DNA of 64,000 bases, from the NCBI GenBank assembly GCA_036785375.1, contig JAWMAR010000384.1:682001-746000 (forward strand), given 5' to 3'. The position numbers and the translations under genes are program-made. This stretch comes from Leucoraja ocellata (lineage: Eukaryota). Shown piece after piece: positions 35,651 through 49,999 of the stretch. Every line of letters begins with the position of its first letter. Position 1 is the stretch's first letter. The notes beneath the pieces are model-generated. The model had not been told where the DNA came from and made no database searches. It saw only the letters and a program-made list of their open reading frames with translations.

Positions 35651-37973
35651 CAAACCTTTAGCTAGGTCAATATCCGAATTCTAATTGTCTGCTCCTGTAC
35701 GATTTAATATATTTTCAAGCGCATAAGAGATTTCATTTGGTTTGAAATGGGACATTCATGATGCCCGAAACGTCACCCATTCGTTGAATCCAGAGATGCT
35801 GCCTGTCCCGCTGAGTTACTTCAGATTTGTGTGTCTATTTTCAATATATTTTTTCATTTATTTTGAAACTTTTTCGGTGCGGTTGCACAATGCGTAAATT
35901 AAAACAAAATGTACTTATCGAATGATAATATCCGCCGACTATTCATTCACTCATAAAAAATAAAGAGATACATTCCATGTGGAGAGTGTTTTAGAACTGC
36001 TGAAGTCCTGATCTCACGGTGTGTTCGCACTGTGCGCGACACGTTCCTTAGTTGCATATTGATTTTTGAAACTGGTGAGCATTTTGGTGACGATGGTGTA
36101 TCGAAATTTTCTAAAAGCACAAGGCGAATAAATAACTGATTGCAAATTAATTTTGAATTTGTAAAATTGGCAAATTTGTAAGTCTTACTGTATATTTATT
36201 GGAAATCACGGTCAAATTTAATGTAATGCTTTTGCAGTAAATTTGGAAAGCATGATTTCTTGCAGCACCCACATTTGAAACGTCCGCTCACTTTGTTCGT
36301 AAAATTGACTTAATGAGATGGAAACATGACAAATATGTTTAATCGACCACAGGGTTTATGGTGAGTTGTATATGTTAAAAAAAAGTCAAATGTGTCGGCG
36401 GTTCTAGATTGCCTTGTCTTTAATTCCAACAACCTTAATTCGACGTGGGAAATTATATTTACATGGAACCAGCGTTGCATCATACTAGATTTTAAAAAGC
36501 AAACCAGTGGCTCTAATTATAACGATAATGTTCAGTGAATGTCATGGATTACCCTTGCCATGGGATTAACAGCACGAGAATCAACAGACTCGCTTCCGAA
36601 GCTCTTCGACTCCTCAGTACTTCTGAAATGCTTTCGCTGTTGCAGCATGGAAAATATTCCTGTAATAACTTGGGATGGTTACGCATACTTAAATGGATGT
36701 TAACAAAATATTACTTGAAATTATGACATAAGAATACGTTTCAAGGCGCTAGTATCACACTCCTGTTTTGCCAATTACCAATGTGCATGCCACTCTCATT
36801 TCCTTACACGAAGGGTTTCCCACCATAAACTGGACGAATTGGGGAATTTTCCCAGCTTGCCCAGATGAGTGCAGCTCCAACAGCAATCACGTGGATAAAC
36901 TTCAACCAGAGCAATATAATCCGATTGATTGACACCCCATTCTTTGCACCAGTGTTTACTCACTCCAATGAGTAATGTATCGCGACGATAGTATTTGCTT
37001 TTTGACCCGCAGTTACTCTAGCTTTTTGTGTCTATCTTTACCACATACAAAATGTACTGCAATTACCTCACTAGACTCCGCGGCCAACACTCCCATGCCA
37101 ACCAGGATGAAAATAAAGAGTGGGCATAGGAGCTACACTGTTGCGATACAAGTCACAGACCACTTTGAATTGGGAAATGTTTTGACCAGCTTTCCGATTG
37201 CTGGAGATAGACACAAGAAAGCTGGAGTAACTCCGCGGGACAGGCTGCATCCCTGGAGAGAAGGAATGGTGACGTTTTGGATCGAGACCCTTCTTCGGGT
37301 TCCGATTGCTGGGCCTGTCTTGGTAATCCCTTTCCAATAATATGGTGAGGGTTCTATCGACAGAATATTATTGTGATCCCAGAAGGACGCACATGGGCAC
37401 ATTCTGAGGAGTAATTAGATATGTGTCGCAAGTACTCACCTTACAAGCAATGGTGATGAAAATTGGATGTATTGGTGGATGAAGTGATTAGTTTTGCTTG
37501 GCATATTTCCCAAGGGCGATACGGTACGATACGACACGATAGCATTTATTTATCCCAGGAGGGGAATTGGATTGCCAACTGTCATAAAACATAACAAGAT
37601 GCATGGAGCACATATATTTCAGTTGTAATGCGTTTCTGGAACAATGCGCTTTCTGAAAGTTGCAGGAAGACACAGGCTTTGGAAGACGTAAACATAATCT
37701 ATTTGTTTTGGAAACAGAAGCGGAGGACGGAAAAGTACAGCTGTCGTACGAGTCTAGCTACAGCTTTGCAGCATAGTATTTCTGCTGTAGCTATAATGTA
37801 ACTCTACGTGCTAACATTATGAAGGACAGAGTGTGAGAGAGTGATGCCACAAAGAGAGACTAGCAACAAGTGGAGAAACTCAAAAAATACATTTTGAAAT
37901 AAAGTGTTGAAGAGAGAGGGTTGAGACTTTCAAGGAAGGTGAAAGTGGAGTAGATGCACAATGAGCTACAGAT

Positions 37974-38280
37974 AGCGGCAGGGTAGCGCAGTGGTAGATT
38001 TGCTGCCTCACAGCGATGCAGCGCCGATGATCAGGGTTCGATACCGACTACGGGTGCTGTTTGCACGGAATTTGTCCGTTCTCCCCGTGACAGCGTGGTT
38101 TCTCACCGAGATCTTCGATTTCCAGGGTTGTAGGTTAATTGGCTTGGTATGAGTGTAAATTGTCCCTTGTGTGTAGGGTAGTGGTGATGTGATGGGATCG
38201 CTGGTCGATGCGGACTCGGTGGGTCGAAGGGCCTGTTTCCACGCTGTATCTCTAAACTAAACTAAACTAAACTAAACTAA
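37974..38280 (+). mobile_element. Full-length tRNA-derived SINE (HE1/V-SINE type)
   Basis: A-box/B-box head (tagcgcagtgg...ggttcgatacc), CR1-like 3' end and (taaac)n tail. Confidence 0.85.
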
Positions 38281-38319
38281 TAGCTTCATAATATCATGTC
38301 ATAATATCATAAGAGTCCA

Positions 38320-41300
38320 ACAGCAAGGAAAAGGTTCCTCCGGCCAACTTGCCCACGTCGATCAAGATGACCTGACTACACTAATCGCACTTGCCCGAGT
38401 TTGGCCCATGTCCCGCTAAACTTTTACTGGCTATATACCTGTCGAAGCGTCTTTTAAATGTTGTGCCTGTCTCAACGACTTACTCTGGCTGTTCAGTCTA
38501 TATCTCACCACCCTCTGTGTCAAAACGTTTCGCCCCAGGTTCCCATTGAATCATTCTCCTCTCACCTTAAACTTAAATCTTCCGTTTCTTGATTCCCCTA
38601 CTCTGGGTAAAAGACTCTGTGCATTTACCTTTTCTATTCCCCTCATGACCTTGAACACCTCGATAACACGACTCATCATCCTCCTACACTCCAAATCCGA
38701 GCCTGCCAACGTCTCCCAGTCGTTCAGGGCTTCATGTCATGGCAACATCCTAATAAATCTTCTCCGCACTCTTCCCAGATTAATAACACCCTTCTCTCAA
38801 ACATCACTGTGACAAACACTAAGTTTAATAGTCCAACAGCAGTCTCAGTGACATATTTTACAACTGTAACATAACATCCCAACCTCTAAACAACCCCTCC
38901 CTCCACAGGACCAGCTATTCACTGTGAAGACCCTGCCTGGTTTGACGTCCCAAAATGCACAACGTCGCAATTATTGGCATTAAATCCATTAACCATTCCT
39001 CAGCCTATTTATCCAACTGATCAGGTTTATGCTATAATTGTTGATAACTATCTTTGCCATCTACTATACCAGCCACTTTCTTGTAATCTGCAAATTTACC
39101 AATCGTGCTTTCTACATTCTCATCCAAATCATTTATGTAAACCAAAAGCAACAATGGGCCCAGTCGCGATCCACGAGGCACACCGCTGGTCATAACCCTG
39201 CAGCCAGAAAAACAATCTTCCACCAGCACCGTCTGCTCCCTTCCATGAAGCCAATTCTCTATCCAGTCGGCTAGTGCTCTTCAGGTCTCTTACGAGCTAA
39301 CAGTCCAGAGCAGCCTACCACGCCAAACCCTAGTAAATGTTTTCCTGAAATCCATATAAACAACATCTACGGCTTTGCATTCAATTCTTCATGCTGGAAT
39401 CTTCAGTGAAACAGCTCTGCAGTTGTTCCGTGGGTTAGACAGCATCTTGGGAGGACATAGATAGGCATTGTTTCGGGTCAGGATTCTTCTTCAGACTGAG
39501 TTATTCGGAGAATGAGGGAGATTAGGCTCAAAGAATATTCGTATGCAGTGGGAATACAGATTTCTATAACTTGTATCGTTGACAACTTAATGAAGTATTA
39601 AAACAATTTAAAACACGGTAAAATAAATAGGAATAGGGATTTAAATACGGCTTTATAGTTTTATATCGGAGTAGAAGGGCAGTGCATAGAAGCTGTAACT
39701 CATGAATAACTGGATCACTGTGCCACAAACAATGACATCTGTGTGGAATATTTTCAGTAATGAAAATGTTGCTTCCAAATAGCTGAGTTGGGGGCAAACT
39801 GTACACAGAGTCCACAATGCATAGGCGTAGAATTGGTGCCATTCGGTCCATCGAGCCTCATATGCCATTCATTCAAGGCTGATCTATCTTTCACTCTCAA
39901 TCTCCTGCCTTCTGCTCATAACCTTTGACATCCTTAATACTAAATAATCGGACAATTCCTACCTTACAATACCTAATTCGGCCTCCACATCTGTCTGTGT
40001 AAGGATATTATAGATTCACTAGCCTTTAACTAAAAAAAACCTTCTTCTCATCTCCAAAGGTCTGTCCTTTTATTCTGAGGCTGTGTCCTCTGGTCCTAGA
40101 CTCTCCCACATGTGTACGCATGTTCTCCACATCCAATCCATCGAGGAGTTTCACTATTCAGCAAGTTTCAATGAGGACATACAACTATATTATGTACACG
40201 GATTATATTATCTGTGATATTATCTTCCCTCTAATACAGCGGGCTCTCATCTTCTTTAGCAGCCTCATATGCAGCAGCTTATCAAATGTCTTCTGAAAAC
40301 CCATGTCAACAACATCCAGTGTTCATCCTGCTATTTACTTCCTCAAAGAATTCCAACAGGCAATATTTCCCATTCACAAAACCACGCTGACTTCTGCCAA
40401 ATTGATCATGTGCTTCTAAGTACTCAGTTACCTCACCATTTTTAATGGACTTTAAAATCTTACCAATCACTGAAGTGAAGCTAAGTGGTCTATAGGTTCC
40501 CCTCTTTTGCTATGATCCCATCTTGAGATGCAGAGTAACATTTGCAATTTACTAGTCCACTGTGACCACTTCTGACCCCAGTGAAAGATCCCCACAAACA
40601 CGATAACAATATCTAAAACCGTCTCTTCAGAACACTGGGGTGCAGCACATCTGGTCCAGGTGATTTATTCAACTTCAGACCCAAGCACCTACTTAGTAAT
40701 ATCAACTCCACTAGTTTCTGTCCCCAACTCTCTTGAAGCCTCTGTGAGGTTCGATGAAAAAACCTATTAAATTAATCTGACATTTATTTATTACACATTT
40801 TCCCTTCTCCAGCGTCATTCTCCCGTGGTCCAATGTCTACTCTTCCCTCTCTCTTATAAATACACTTCTGCTCACCTCTTTTACATTAGTGGCTAGCAAC
40901 TTTATATTTCATTTTTTCTTTCCATAATGCTTTTTGTGTCAGTCCCTCTCTCCTTAGAAACTCTCTTCCTCTTTGGAATGAAATATCATGCATCGTACGA
41001 ATTATTAATGGAAACTCCTCCTATTGCAGCTCCTCCGTCGTTCCTGCTTGGATCCTTTTCCATTCAACTTTAGCCAGCTTCTCCCTCATGTCTCTGTAGT
41101 TACCTTTATCTAACAGTAATAACGACACACCTAGTTTCGTCTTCTCCCTCTCAAACTACAGGTTCAATTTCATCATATTATGGTCACCACCTCCTGGGGA
41201 TATTTTAAACTTAAGGTCCCTAGTCAAAAACAGTTCATTACACAATGCCACATAAACAATTGCTTTTCTCTAGTAGGCTCGACATAAGCTGCTCTAAGAA

Positions 41301-41490
41301 ACTATTTTGGAGGCACTCTACAAATTCCTGCTCCTGGGATCCAGTACCAACCTTAAATTTCTCAGTCTACCTGCATATTGAAATCCACATGACCTTTGCA
41401 TCTTCTGGTGTAATTTGTACGCTACATTCTGGCTACTGTTTGGAAGCCCGTACATAACTCCCATCAGGGTCTTTTTACTGTTGCAGATAC
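38320..41490 (-). mobile_element. Two old degenerate CR1 elements
   Basis: VTSGVP.GS.LGPLL...YINDLD..V...IGKFAD (ORF 39032-39229) and further ORF2 remnants at 39810-41490. Confidence 0.7.
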
Positions 41491-43999
41491 TAGGTGTGAG
41501 GAGCCCATATGGGGTAGTATTACTAGGCCAACCTAAGAAGAAGCAATCAGCCCATATTGATTTTTGTATTCGTGCAATTTCGGTTAAAGACACGGCGCTG
41601 AGATCCCGAATACGTCAAATCTCGGATGTGATGCATAATCCTTAATCGTTAATCTGTCCATTTCAAAGGAAAATGAAGACAGAAAGATGGATCGATGACC
41701 TGCCCGACGCATCGTGATTGTCAAATGTAGTTTGCACGTGGTTTATTTTTTCTGGTAAGGCACACTGTTAGCGTAACCATCATGATTTACACCGTCGTGA
41801 TTAGCACCTTCTCGAGTTGCTGCACACGTTTTGGTGACGGTACATCCCTAAACCCACCATAAATGCCGTTCTTGGATTTACTCCCGGCAGAAAGGAAGAA
41901 AAGGTGGTACGCTGACATGTAAGAGTGGTATATGATTAGAGAGGAAGCATTGGGTGCTGGTAACCTTTTCTTTCACAGTAGGGTAGTAACTCACCAAACG
42001 TACTCAGACGTTGATGATATTAGAGGTCAGAAAGATAGGAAGTTGTAGATTCCCATAGCACAGAAATACTGAAATCCCGGCGGCTCACCATGTCTATCAA
42101 CTGTTAATCATCGAAATTAATAATCTGTCCATCTACTGTCTTTCCACATTAATGCTATTCACTAAAATTAGGTCTGTAATCTATCATAGATTGTCAATTC
42201 AGATGTTCGTCCAGAAGCTTCCTCAACATTTTGAGAGTATCTTCGTCCACCATCTTCTTGCGCAGTGCATTTCAGATGGCAACCGCTCTTTGGATGAGGC
42301 ACCTCTTCCTCAGATCATCGCTAGTTTCTCAATGTTCATCTTAGACCTGTGCCCTTCAGGCTTACACACTTCTGCTATGAATATAAGTGCCTTATTGTTT
42401 GCGCTATATATGTCCCTCATATTTTTTTTATATCCCAATCATGTTTGCAAAACAGCCTCAGATGTACCTAACAAAGCGGCACCGGCATATCGCGGCTTAC
42501 CCTACAGCTGAAACATTCCATCACAGGCAACATCAAGATGGAGATTCTGTGCAATCTCTCCAGAATATTCCTGTGCGTTCGATGCAGTGCTGATCAGAAC
42601 GGCACCGAGTATTCTAGCTGTGACATAACCAATATTTTAGAAATGTGGATGTAGTCCTCTGTTTTCTGATATCGGATACACTGGACAATGAAAGTACTTC
42701 ATAAGCCTTCTTTAGCATGTTATACCTGCCCTGTCATTTCCATGGAACTTTAGACTTGCAGATTAACGAATGTTGCTGCTCAATGCTGGAACCTACCCTG
42801 CATGATTTGTGACTTACACTTATATAATGCCGCAATGTACAACAGAACATAATTATCAGGATTACATTCTACTTGGCATTATCTTACACATTTGACCAGG
42901 TGATCAACATCAATCTGCAAACTGACTGCAATCTCAATATTAACAATGCCACGAATTTTCGTGCCATCAACAAACTTATCAATCATTCTTACTACATAAG
43001 CATCTTTTGCCAAGTTGCTTCTAATTACATTCTAATCGACCATCTGCCCATTCAATTTATTACTGTATTTGCCAGAATATTTACACATATTTAGGCCTAC
43101 AATTGAACATTGACAGAACTACTGAGGTTTTAACCCAGACGAGTGAGGCGAATATTTGTCGTGCGTTCTCCTGATTTGTGATTACTTTGTGTCATCCGAC
43201 CGAAAGTAATTGATAAATAAAGGCCATGTGCAACCGGGATATGCATCACAGTAAAAATGTAGGTGGATGTGTACGCGAATATGTGAGGCGCCACAATGAT
43301 AATGTTGAAAAGTTTAATTAGGTTCGGAAATTCAGTGTCGCGAGGTAAGTCGTGATTGCTTGCATGCTGCCCCATCTCTGCCACTGTTCGCCAATCCGAG
43401 CACCTCTAAATACAAATGCAATACCTTCCCTCCCAGGCTGACCTGCCTGTAGACATATGGACACATTAAAGGAGATGCTTCTCAGGTGGAGCGATAAAAA
43501 AACCAAATTGCAGGAGGAACTCAACTGGTCGGCACAATTAGTCATTAGGCAGAAAATCAAAACAAACCAGTTTTTACTGCGTGCTTTCACTCCATGGTCG
43601 ATATATGCCGTCTAGATTCTGTTGATAGCTCTGCAAACAATTACATTATTGTTAATTCTAAATGCTACAGAGAGTTGCTAATGTACCCTCGTCTATCACA
43701 AAAGCAACCTCTCCCAATGGACTCCGTCTACATTTCAGAGACTGTCATTTTACGACATTTTACGCTGCTTCAGAAAGCGGCCAACATGATCATAGACCAT
43801 TATCCCTCTGGTCTCCGCTCTTCCATCGGACAGAAGACACAAACGCTTGTAAACATGTACCACCAGAGTCAGGGACGTTTCTTCCTCGCTGTTGTCTCCA
43901 AACCTACTTCATTGACCTTGCATTATCTATTTGCACTTTATCTGCAACTGTAATATTGTAACCTCTCTTTACTATATTCTTTGCTCTGGTAGTTTCATG

Positions 44000-45980
44000 G
44001 ATGTAAGGACACTGTGAGACTAAGAAGGAGGGGGTATTGGTGGTCGTGAAGAAAGGTAATCGTTGAGGTGGATACATCAACGAGTTATTCGAGAGACAAA
44101 AGGGAATATTGCAGGAGCCTCGACGAAGATCCTTGCACCTCCAGCAACAGGCCAGGTCTGAGGACTGGAGAGTAATTAGTGTTGTTCCTTTGTTTAACCG
44201 AGGAAGTAGAGAGAATCCGGGAATTTATGGGCCAGTGCGCCACTAATCAGTGAATGATAAACTACGGAGAGGATTCTTCAGATTGGGATTTGGAAGAGAA
44301 TGGTTTACTTAGACATATTAATTGGCATGGCTTTATCCGCGGCAGCTGGTGCCTTACTAACTTGATCGAAGTTTTTGAGGAGGTGACCAAGGTAATCAAT
44401 AACCCGGCAGTGGACATCGTGCACGTGGATTTTATAAGGCATTTGATAAAGTCCCCTATGGTAGGCTGATCCAGAAGATTAAATTGCACGGGATTAACAG
44501 TGACTTGGACGTGTGGATTTGGAACTATTTTACGGATAGAAGTTAGTGTTGTGGTGGAAGGACACTTTCCAGACAGGAGATCGACACCTATGCAGTTCTG
44601 CAGCCACCTGTGCACCTTCCTCAGTTGCGTGTGATATATATGAATTACATGGTTGTAAATGTAGATGGGTTGGTTAGTAAATTTGCAGATGACACCAAGA
44701 TTGCTTGGGTTGCGGACTGCGGGCTGTCAACGCACGCAGCAGGAAAGAGACCAGGTACAGAAGTGGGCGACAAAATGGCAGATGTAGTTTAACCAGAATA
44801 AGTGTGAGGTGCGACACTTTAGGAGGTCGAATGTAAGGGGGAAAATATAGAATGAATTACAACAGTATTGGTGTACAGAGCGAGCGTAGGAACCAAGTCC
44901 GTAATTCTCTGAAATGGACAATACAACTAGATATCGTGCTAAGAAGGTAGATGGCATGCTTGCCTTAATTGGTCGGGACATTGAGGATAACGGCCATAGA
45001 GTCATGATGCTACTTTTTGGACTTTTGTTATGCTTCAGTGTGGCTACTGTCTACATTTCTGAGCGGTCCAGTACCAGATGGATGTGGAGGCTTTACAAAG
45101 GATGCAGAGGATGTTTAGCAGAATGATGCCCAATTAGGGGGAATGCAGCAGGTTAGAGACCAGGTGCAGAAATGGGCGACAAAATGGCAGATGTTGTTTA
45201 ACCAGAATAACCACAAGATGAGGTGAGACATAATTGGATTGATTTCCCTGCAACGCCCGAGGATGAGATGGGACCTCCCAAACGTATGCAGAATTATGAG
45301 TCATAGATTGGATTGAGTCAAAACACTTTCTCCCCAAAATGGAAAAATCAAGGACGAGATGGCATAGCTTTAATGTGAGAGGTGCTGGTGAGTATATATA
45401 AAGAATGCAGGGATACGGATCATGTGCATGCAAATCAGGGTTGGTTTTGGCTTCATGTCTGCAGAGAAATTGTGGGCCGAAGGGCTTGTTCGTTTGCTGT
45501 ATTGTTCTACGTTCTACGTTTTATGAAGACTGCAAACTTCAGTCTTGCACACACTAATCAGGTCAAACACCGTCTGCAAATGTTCTGCTAATACCACTAA
45601 GAATTTTACAGAGGCATATATACTATATATTGTAGGGTGCCACAGCGGCGCACCTGTGTGGAGTGGATCTGCTGCCTCACAACTCTAGAGACCAGGGTTC
45701 GATCCTGACCAAGGCTGGGAGTTTTCACATTCTCCACGTGATAATATGGGTTTCTCCGGGCTCCCCGGTTGCCTCCCATTACTCTCACTCAATACCAGCC
45801 CCACCCATTTCACTCCAGGATGAAATTGATCGGATTCCCAAGTGATTAGAAGGATCTTATGCAACGGTTAGTGGTCACTCTCGGATGGGTTTGTGCATGA
45901 GCGCGCTATTGTATTAGTGTGAGTGTGTGCGTGTGTGCGCGCGCGGGAGAGTGAACCAACATATAGTCGTTGTACGTCTT
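44000..45980. repeat. Diverged paralog of the IgL cluster 3' flank, without C exon
   Basis: Old CR1, then the gactgcaaacttca junction, SINE head, attactctcactca..ccagccccaccc and gtgtgcgcgcgcg, in the same order as 59400-62250 and 46190-47830. Confidence 0.75.
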
Positions 45981-46551
45981 TTCATCAAGGAGAAGACAAG
46001 GAGAGTGAGATCAATGTGGCGAATATTAATATGCAAGGGCACTGTGTGATTAAGAAGTAGGTGTTGGGTGTCTTGAGGGGCAGTGTGCATGAATGGACAG
46101 ATTATTGAGAGACACAACAGACGAGATTGCAGGAGCCATGACAAAGATCTCTGCACCTTCTCTAGTAGTTAATACGTTTACAGATGACAGCTAGATTGTT
46201 TGGGTTGCTGACAGTGAGGAAGGCTGTCAAAGTAAACAGCAGGATAGGTATAAAAATGAGAGATGAAATGATAGATGCAGATTAACCAGAGCATTGAACT
46301 GCTGGGAGAGGGGTCGATTATGAGGGGAAATATACGAGACGCTGCCTGACCCGCTGACTTACTCCAGCATTTTTGTATCTACTTTCGATTAATAACAACA
46401 GTATTGAAGTACAGAGGAATTTTGGGAACCAAGTCTATATCTCCCTCAGTGGCAACACTACTATATAGAGTGGTGAGGAGGCATATTTTATGTTTTGCTT
46501 CATTGAGCAAGGCATTCAGGATAAGGGCAGGCGAGTCATGATGCTACTTTA

Positions 46552-46787
46552 TGCCCCTGTCCCACTTAGGAAACCTGAACGGAAACCTCCGGAGACTTTG
46601 CGCCCCACCCAAGGTTTCCGTGCGGTTCCCAGAAGTTGCAGGTGGTTGCCGGAGGTTGCAGGTAGTGGAAGCGGGTAGGGAGACTGACAAAAACCTCAGG
46701 GAACCTCCGGGAACCGCACGGAAACCTTGGGTGGGGTACAAAGTCTCCAGAGGTTTCCGTTCAGGTTTCCTAGGTGGGACAGGGGTA
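46552..46787. mobile_element. Palindromic MITE (possibly PIF/Harbinger-derived)
   Basis: ~80-bp imperfect TIRs CCCCTGTCCCACTTAGGAAACCTGAACGGAAACCTC... / ...GAGGTTTCCGTTCAGGTTTCCTAGGTGGGACAGGGG; TTA/TAA flanks; empty paralogous site at ~45010. Confidence 0.8.
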
Positions 46788-47041
46788 AAGGACTTTTGCT
46801 AGGCTGCATTTCGGGTACTGCCATAATTTCCTTCGCCCCAATACTAGATGGAAGTGCTCGGGTCGTTTTCTCTGTAACCGTTAACGATGAGAGGTGACCT
46901 GCTAGAAATATATAAAATTATGGTGCAATATATAAAATTATAGTTTGCACTCATCAATCAGGAGAAATTACGTCTGCACCTTTCCTGCCAAGACCACTAC
47001 GAGATTTAGATATTACAGTGGCTGATATATTATATATTGTG

Positions 47042-47250
47042 GGGCGGCACAGTGGCGCACCTGGTAGAGCAGCTGCCTCGACAGCGCCAGAGACCAGGGT
47101 TCGATCCTGAGCTCCGATGCTGTCTGTGAGGAGTTTACACGTTTCCCATGTGGTGCCGTGGTTTGCCTCCCACATCCCAAAGATTGCGGGTTTCTAGGTT
47201 AATTGACCTCTGTAAAATTGCCCCCACTGTGTAGGGAGTGGATGAGAAGG
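47042..47250 (+). mobile_element. tRNA-derived SINE (HE1 type), truncated; duplicate at ~61477-61685
   Basis: gggcggcacagtggcgca...ggttcgatcctg head. Confidence 0.8.
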
Positions 47251-48044
47251 TAGGCTACACTCCTCAGTCGTTCCACGCAGCGTGCACTTATCCCGCTAAT
47301 CAGTTCAGCAGGAACCAACCAAGAACTTCAGTACCTCTATTAGGCGAGGAAAGTAAAACTATATGTGATACTCCATGTGTGCTAGCGCCCTATATGAAGG
47401 CAGAAAGACCATATTCTGCCAGGCAATGAGGCCAGTTGATTGGCTATATTTAAGAGGGAGTTAGATGTGGCCCTTGTGGCTAAAGGGATCAGGGGGTACG
47501 GAGAGAAGGCCTTATGGGATACTGAGTTGGATGATCAGCCATGACCATATTGAATGGCGGTGCATGCTCAAAGGGCCGAACAGCCTACTCCTGCACCTAT
47601 TTTCTATGTTTCTATGTTTCCATATTACTCTCACTCACCACCAGCCCCACCCAGTTAATTCACAGATGAAATAGGTTGGAATTGCTAAGTGAATAGTATT
47701 AGCAAGGTCACATATAACGATTACTGTCTGTCCTCGAATACGTTTCTACATGAGCGCCCCATTTTGTTCGTGTGTGTGCGTGTGCGCGCGCGCGGCTCTA
47801 TGAACCAATTTATCATCACACCAGTTTATAACATAACGTTCGGCAACATTTATCATCGGTTCTTCCATAAGGTAAAATGATGAAGGTTGATTAAATACAT
47901 TTGATTTTCTCTGATCAGAAATAAAAATCCAACACATGTATCGCTCTTAAGATTGAATTATTGATTTTAGTCGAGAGCTGTATTTGTATGTTAGTCACGT
48001 GGGTAAACAAAACAAACCTGAATGTAATCTTTAGACCACTGTCT

Positions 48045-48050
48045 TTTAAT
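48045..48050 (-). terminator. Candidate poly(A) signal of cluster B (ATTAAA); paralog at 62481-62486
   Basis: ~215 nt 3' of the stop, followed on the sense strand by the GT-rich tract TTTGTTTTGTTT. Confidence 0.55.
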
Positions 48051-48264
48051 GAATATTTGGGAATGCATTTAACAGATTGAATAACATTGGAGTTTCAATT
48101 CACAACGAGTTGCTTCAATTGAATGACGTTTACAAACAGCGAGACAAAGGACAATTTTAACGCAAATGCTAGTCGATAATAGAGAATATTTTTATATCAA
48201 TTTTTGACAAATGAAAGACGGAGCAACAATATTTGTCAGTTTGATTTGTTGGAATCTAGAGGTT

Positions 48265-48587
48265 TTACAGACAGCTGGACCTGGCGATGTTTGCCTGCAG
48301 CGGGTTTGCCAGCGACTCGTGTTTAACCACACAGGAGTAAAGATCGTGTGCGTTCCACACTGTGGCTGGCAGAGTCAGGTAACTGCTCGCACTGAACGTG
48401 TTGTCCGCCTCCTGTTGGATCCGGCTGGTCTCAACGCCATCACTCCTCGCACTGCCGTCCACGGTCCAGTCAATTTCCACTGCGCCCGGATTAAACCCGT
48501 TCACCAAACACACCAGCGTGGCCGTTCCCTTTCCCGTCAATTCTTGCGCTGAAGGTCCAAGCACGGACACCGCGGGGGGCTGAGGAT
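48265..48587 (-). CDS. Ig light chain C exon, lambda/type II (cluster B)
   Basis: aaatag| acceptor; (N)PQPPAVSVLGPSAQELTGKGTATLVCLVNGFNPGAVEIDW...YSCVVKHESLANPLQANIARSSCL*. Confidence 0.96.
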
Positions 48588-49999
48588 CTATTTAAAATAA
48601 AGTCACAGATTAGTAGGGCTGGCAGAACTGCTTCGGTTAAAACATTATCTTTGTTAAAAATACAGTTGGTATAGCATGGATTCATTTGTTCGAAGTGAGA
48701 TCTCTAAAAAATAACTGCTATTTATGGCAATGGGACAGAATATGCGCAGCAGCGTAAAATATATTATTTCGGCAGTATTTTTAATTGATCTCCAGAGTAT
48801 TATTTTCGTTGGCTCCAGCTACAATTTAAAAAAAACAGCGTTTTACCCGACAGCCAGTTGCGGGTTTTCATTGCTGCCAAAGTTCCACTAAACGCGCTTA
48901 AAACTTTAGTTCTGTTTAAATACCTTCCATTAATTCATCTGTTCATTTATTAAGACCAGATGCCGAAATGTTACTAATGGTTGGATTTTAGCGACAAGAA
49001 TATTTTGTCGTTTTAACCATCAATGAACAGACTAGAGTTGCAGCCACGTTAAATTTACCATTTCTCGCATGTTAAATAGTCGTTGATATGATTTACATTA
49101 ATGCTGAAACGTATATGTTTGTTTTTTCTGGACCAGTCTCTTCTCTTTGAAGTCATAATTCAGCTCAGATTTCCGAGGTTGAATAGCGAATATTATTCCT
49201 TTCGCTTAATGGCACAACAGCAAAATGCGTTATATGATGTCGCATGGAACAAAACTGATTTGAAGAAGGGACCCGAACCGAAAGTCACCTATCCATGTTC
49301 ACCAGAGATGCTGCCCTGCCCGCTGAGTCACCCCAGAGCTTTGTGTCTTTTTTTGGAAACCAGCATCTGCAGTTCCTTGTCCCCCCCCCAAAGTTATTTA
49401 CCGTTACCTTACTCTTGTCTAATTCTTATCCAGGTTTGATAATTGTCAACTTGCCGTCAGCAAAGTAATTAAGAATAAACAAAAACATCTGGACAGCCGT
49501 TTCGTCCTTTCATTGCTGTTGTCAACTAATTTGTCAAAAAAGACTCGATCGTGGCCGAAAATTTAAAACATAGCGGCTTTAAATACCTTTTATTTTAGCT
49601 ATTTAGTGTAAAAAATACAAACAGTAGTCATAGCATCAAGCCCTTTGATAGAGCTACGTCTAATAATTTGCCAAAGGAAACTCGACTTTAGTCGAACGCT
49701 GAACATAGATAATAGCGTTAAAAGCTTTTCCGTGGAACCTTCGATTAGCGACAGAAAACCAATTACCATTCACTGTTATATATCATTAACCCAAAGACCG
49801 ACTATGCAGGAAGGAACTGCAGACCCATTCATACCCTACAGAGATGCTGCCTGTTCAGCTTGTTGTGCCTATCTTCGTTTTAAACCAACATCTGCCGTTC
49901 CTTCCTAAAACCCTTTCCTTCTCTCCAGAGATGCTGCCTCTGTCGCTGCGTTACTCCAGCTTTTCGTGTCTACGCAAAGATAGAAGGTAGTTTACTTAC

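Larger units (their letters stand above)
45990..49510. repeat. Recent segmental duplication, copy B
   Basis: Near-identical to ~59215-64000, including the C exon, 3' UTR and J-C intron. Confidence 0.93.

Noticed and set aside
37974-38050. tRNA genes (also ~47042, ~61477)
   Set aside because: A/B boxes continue into SINE body and tail; these are tRNA-derived SINE heads.
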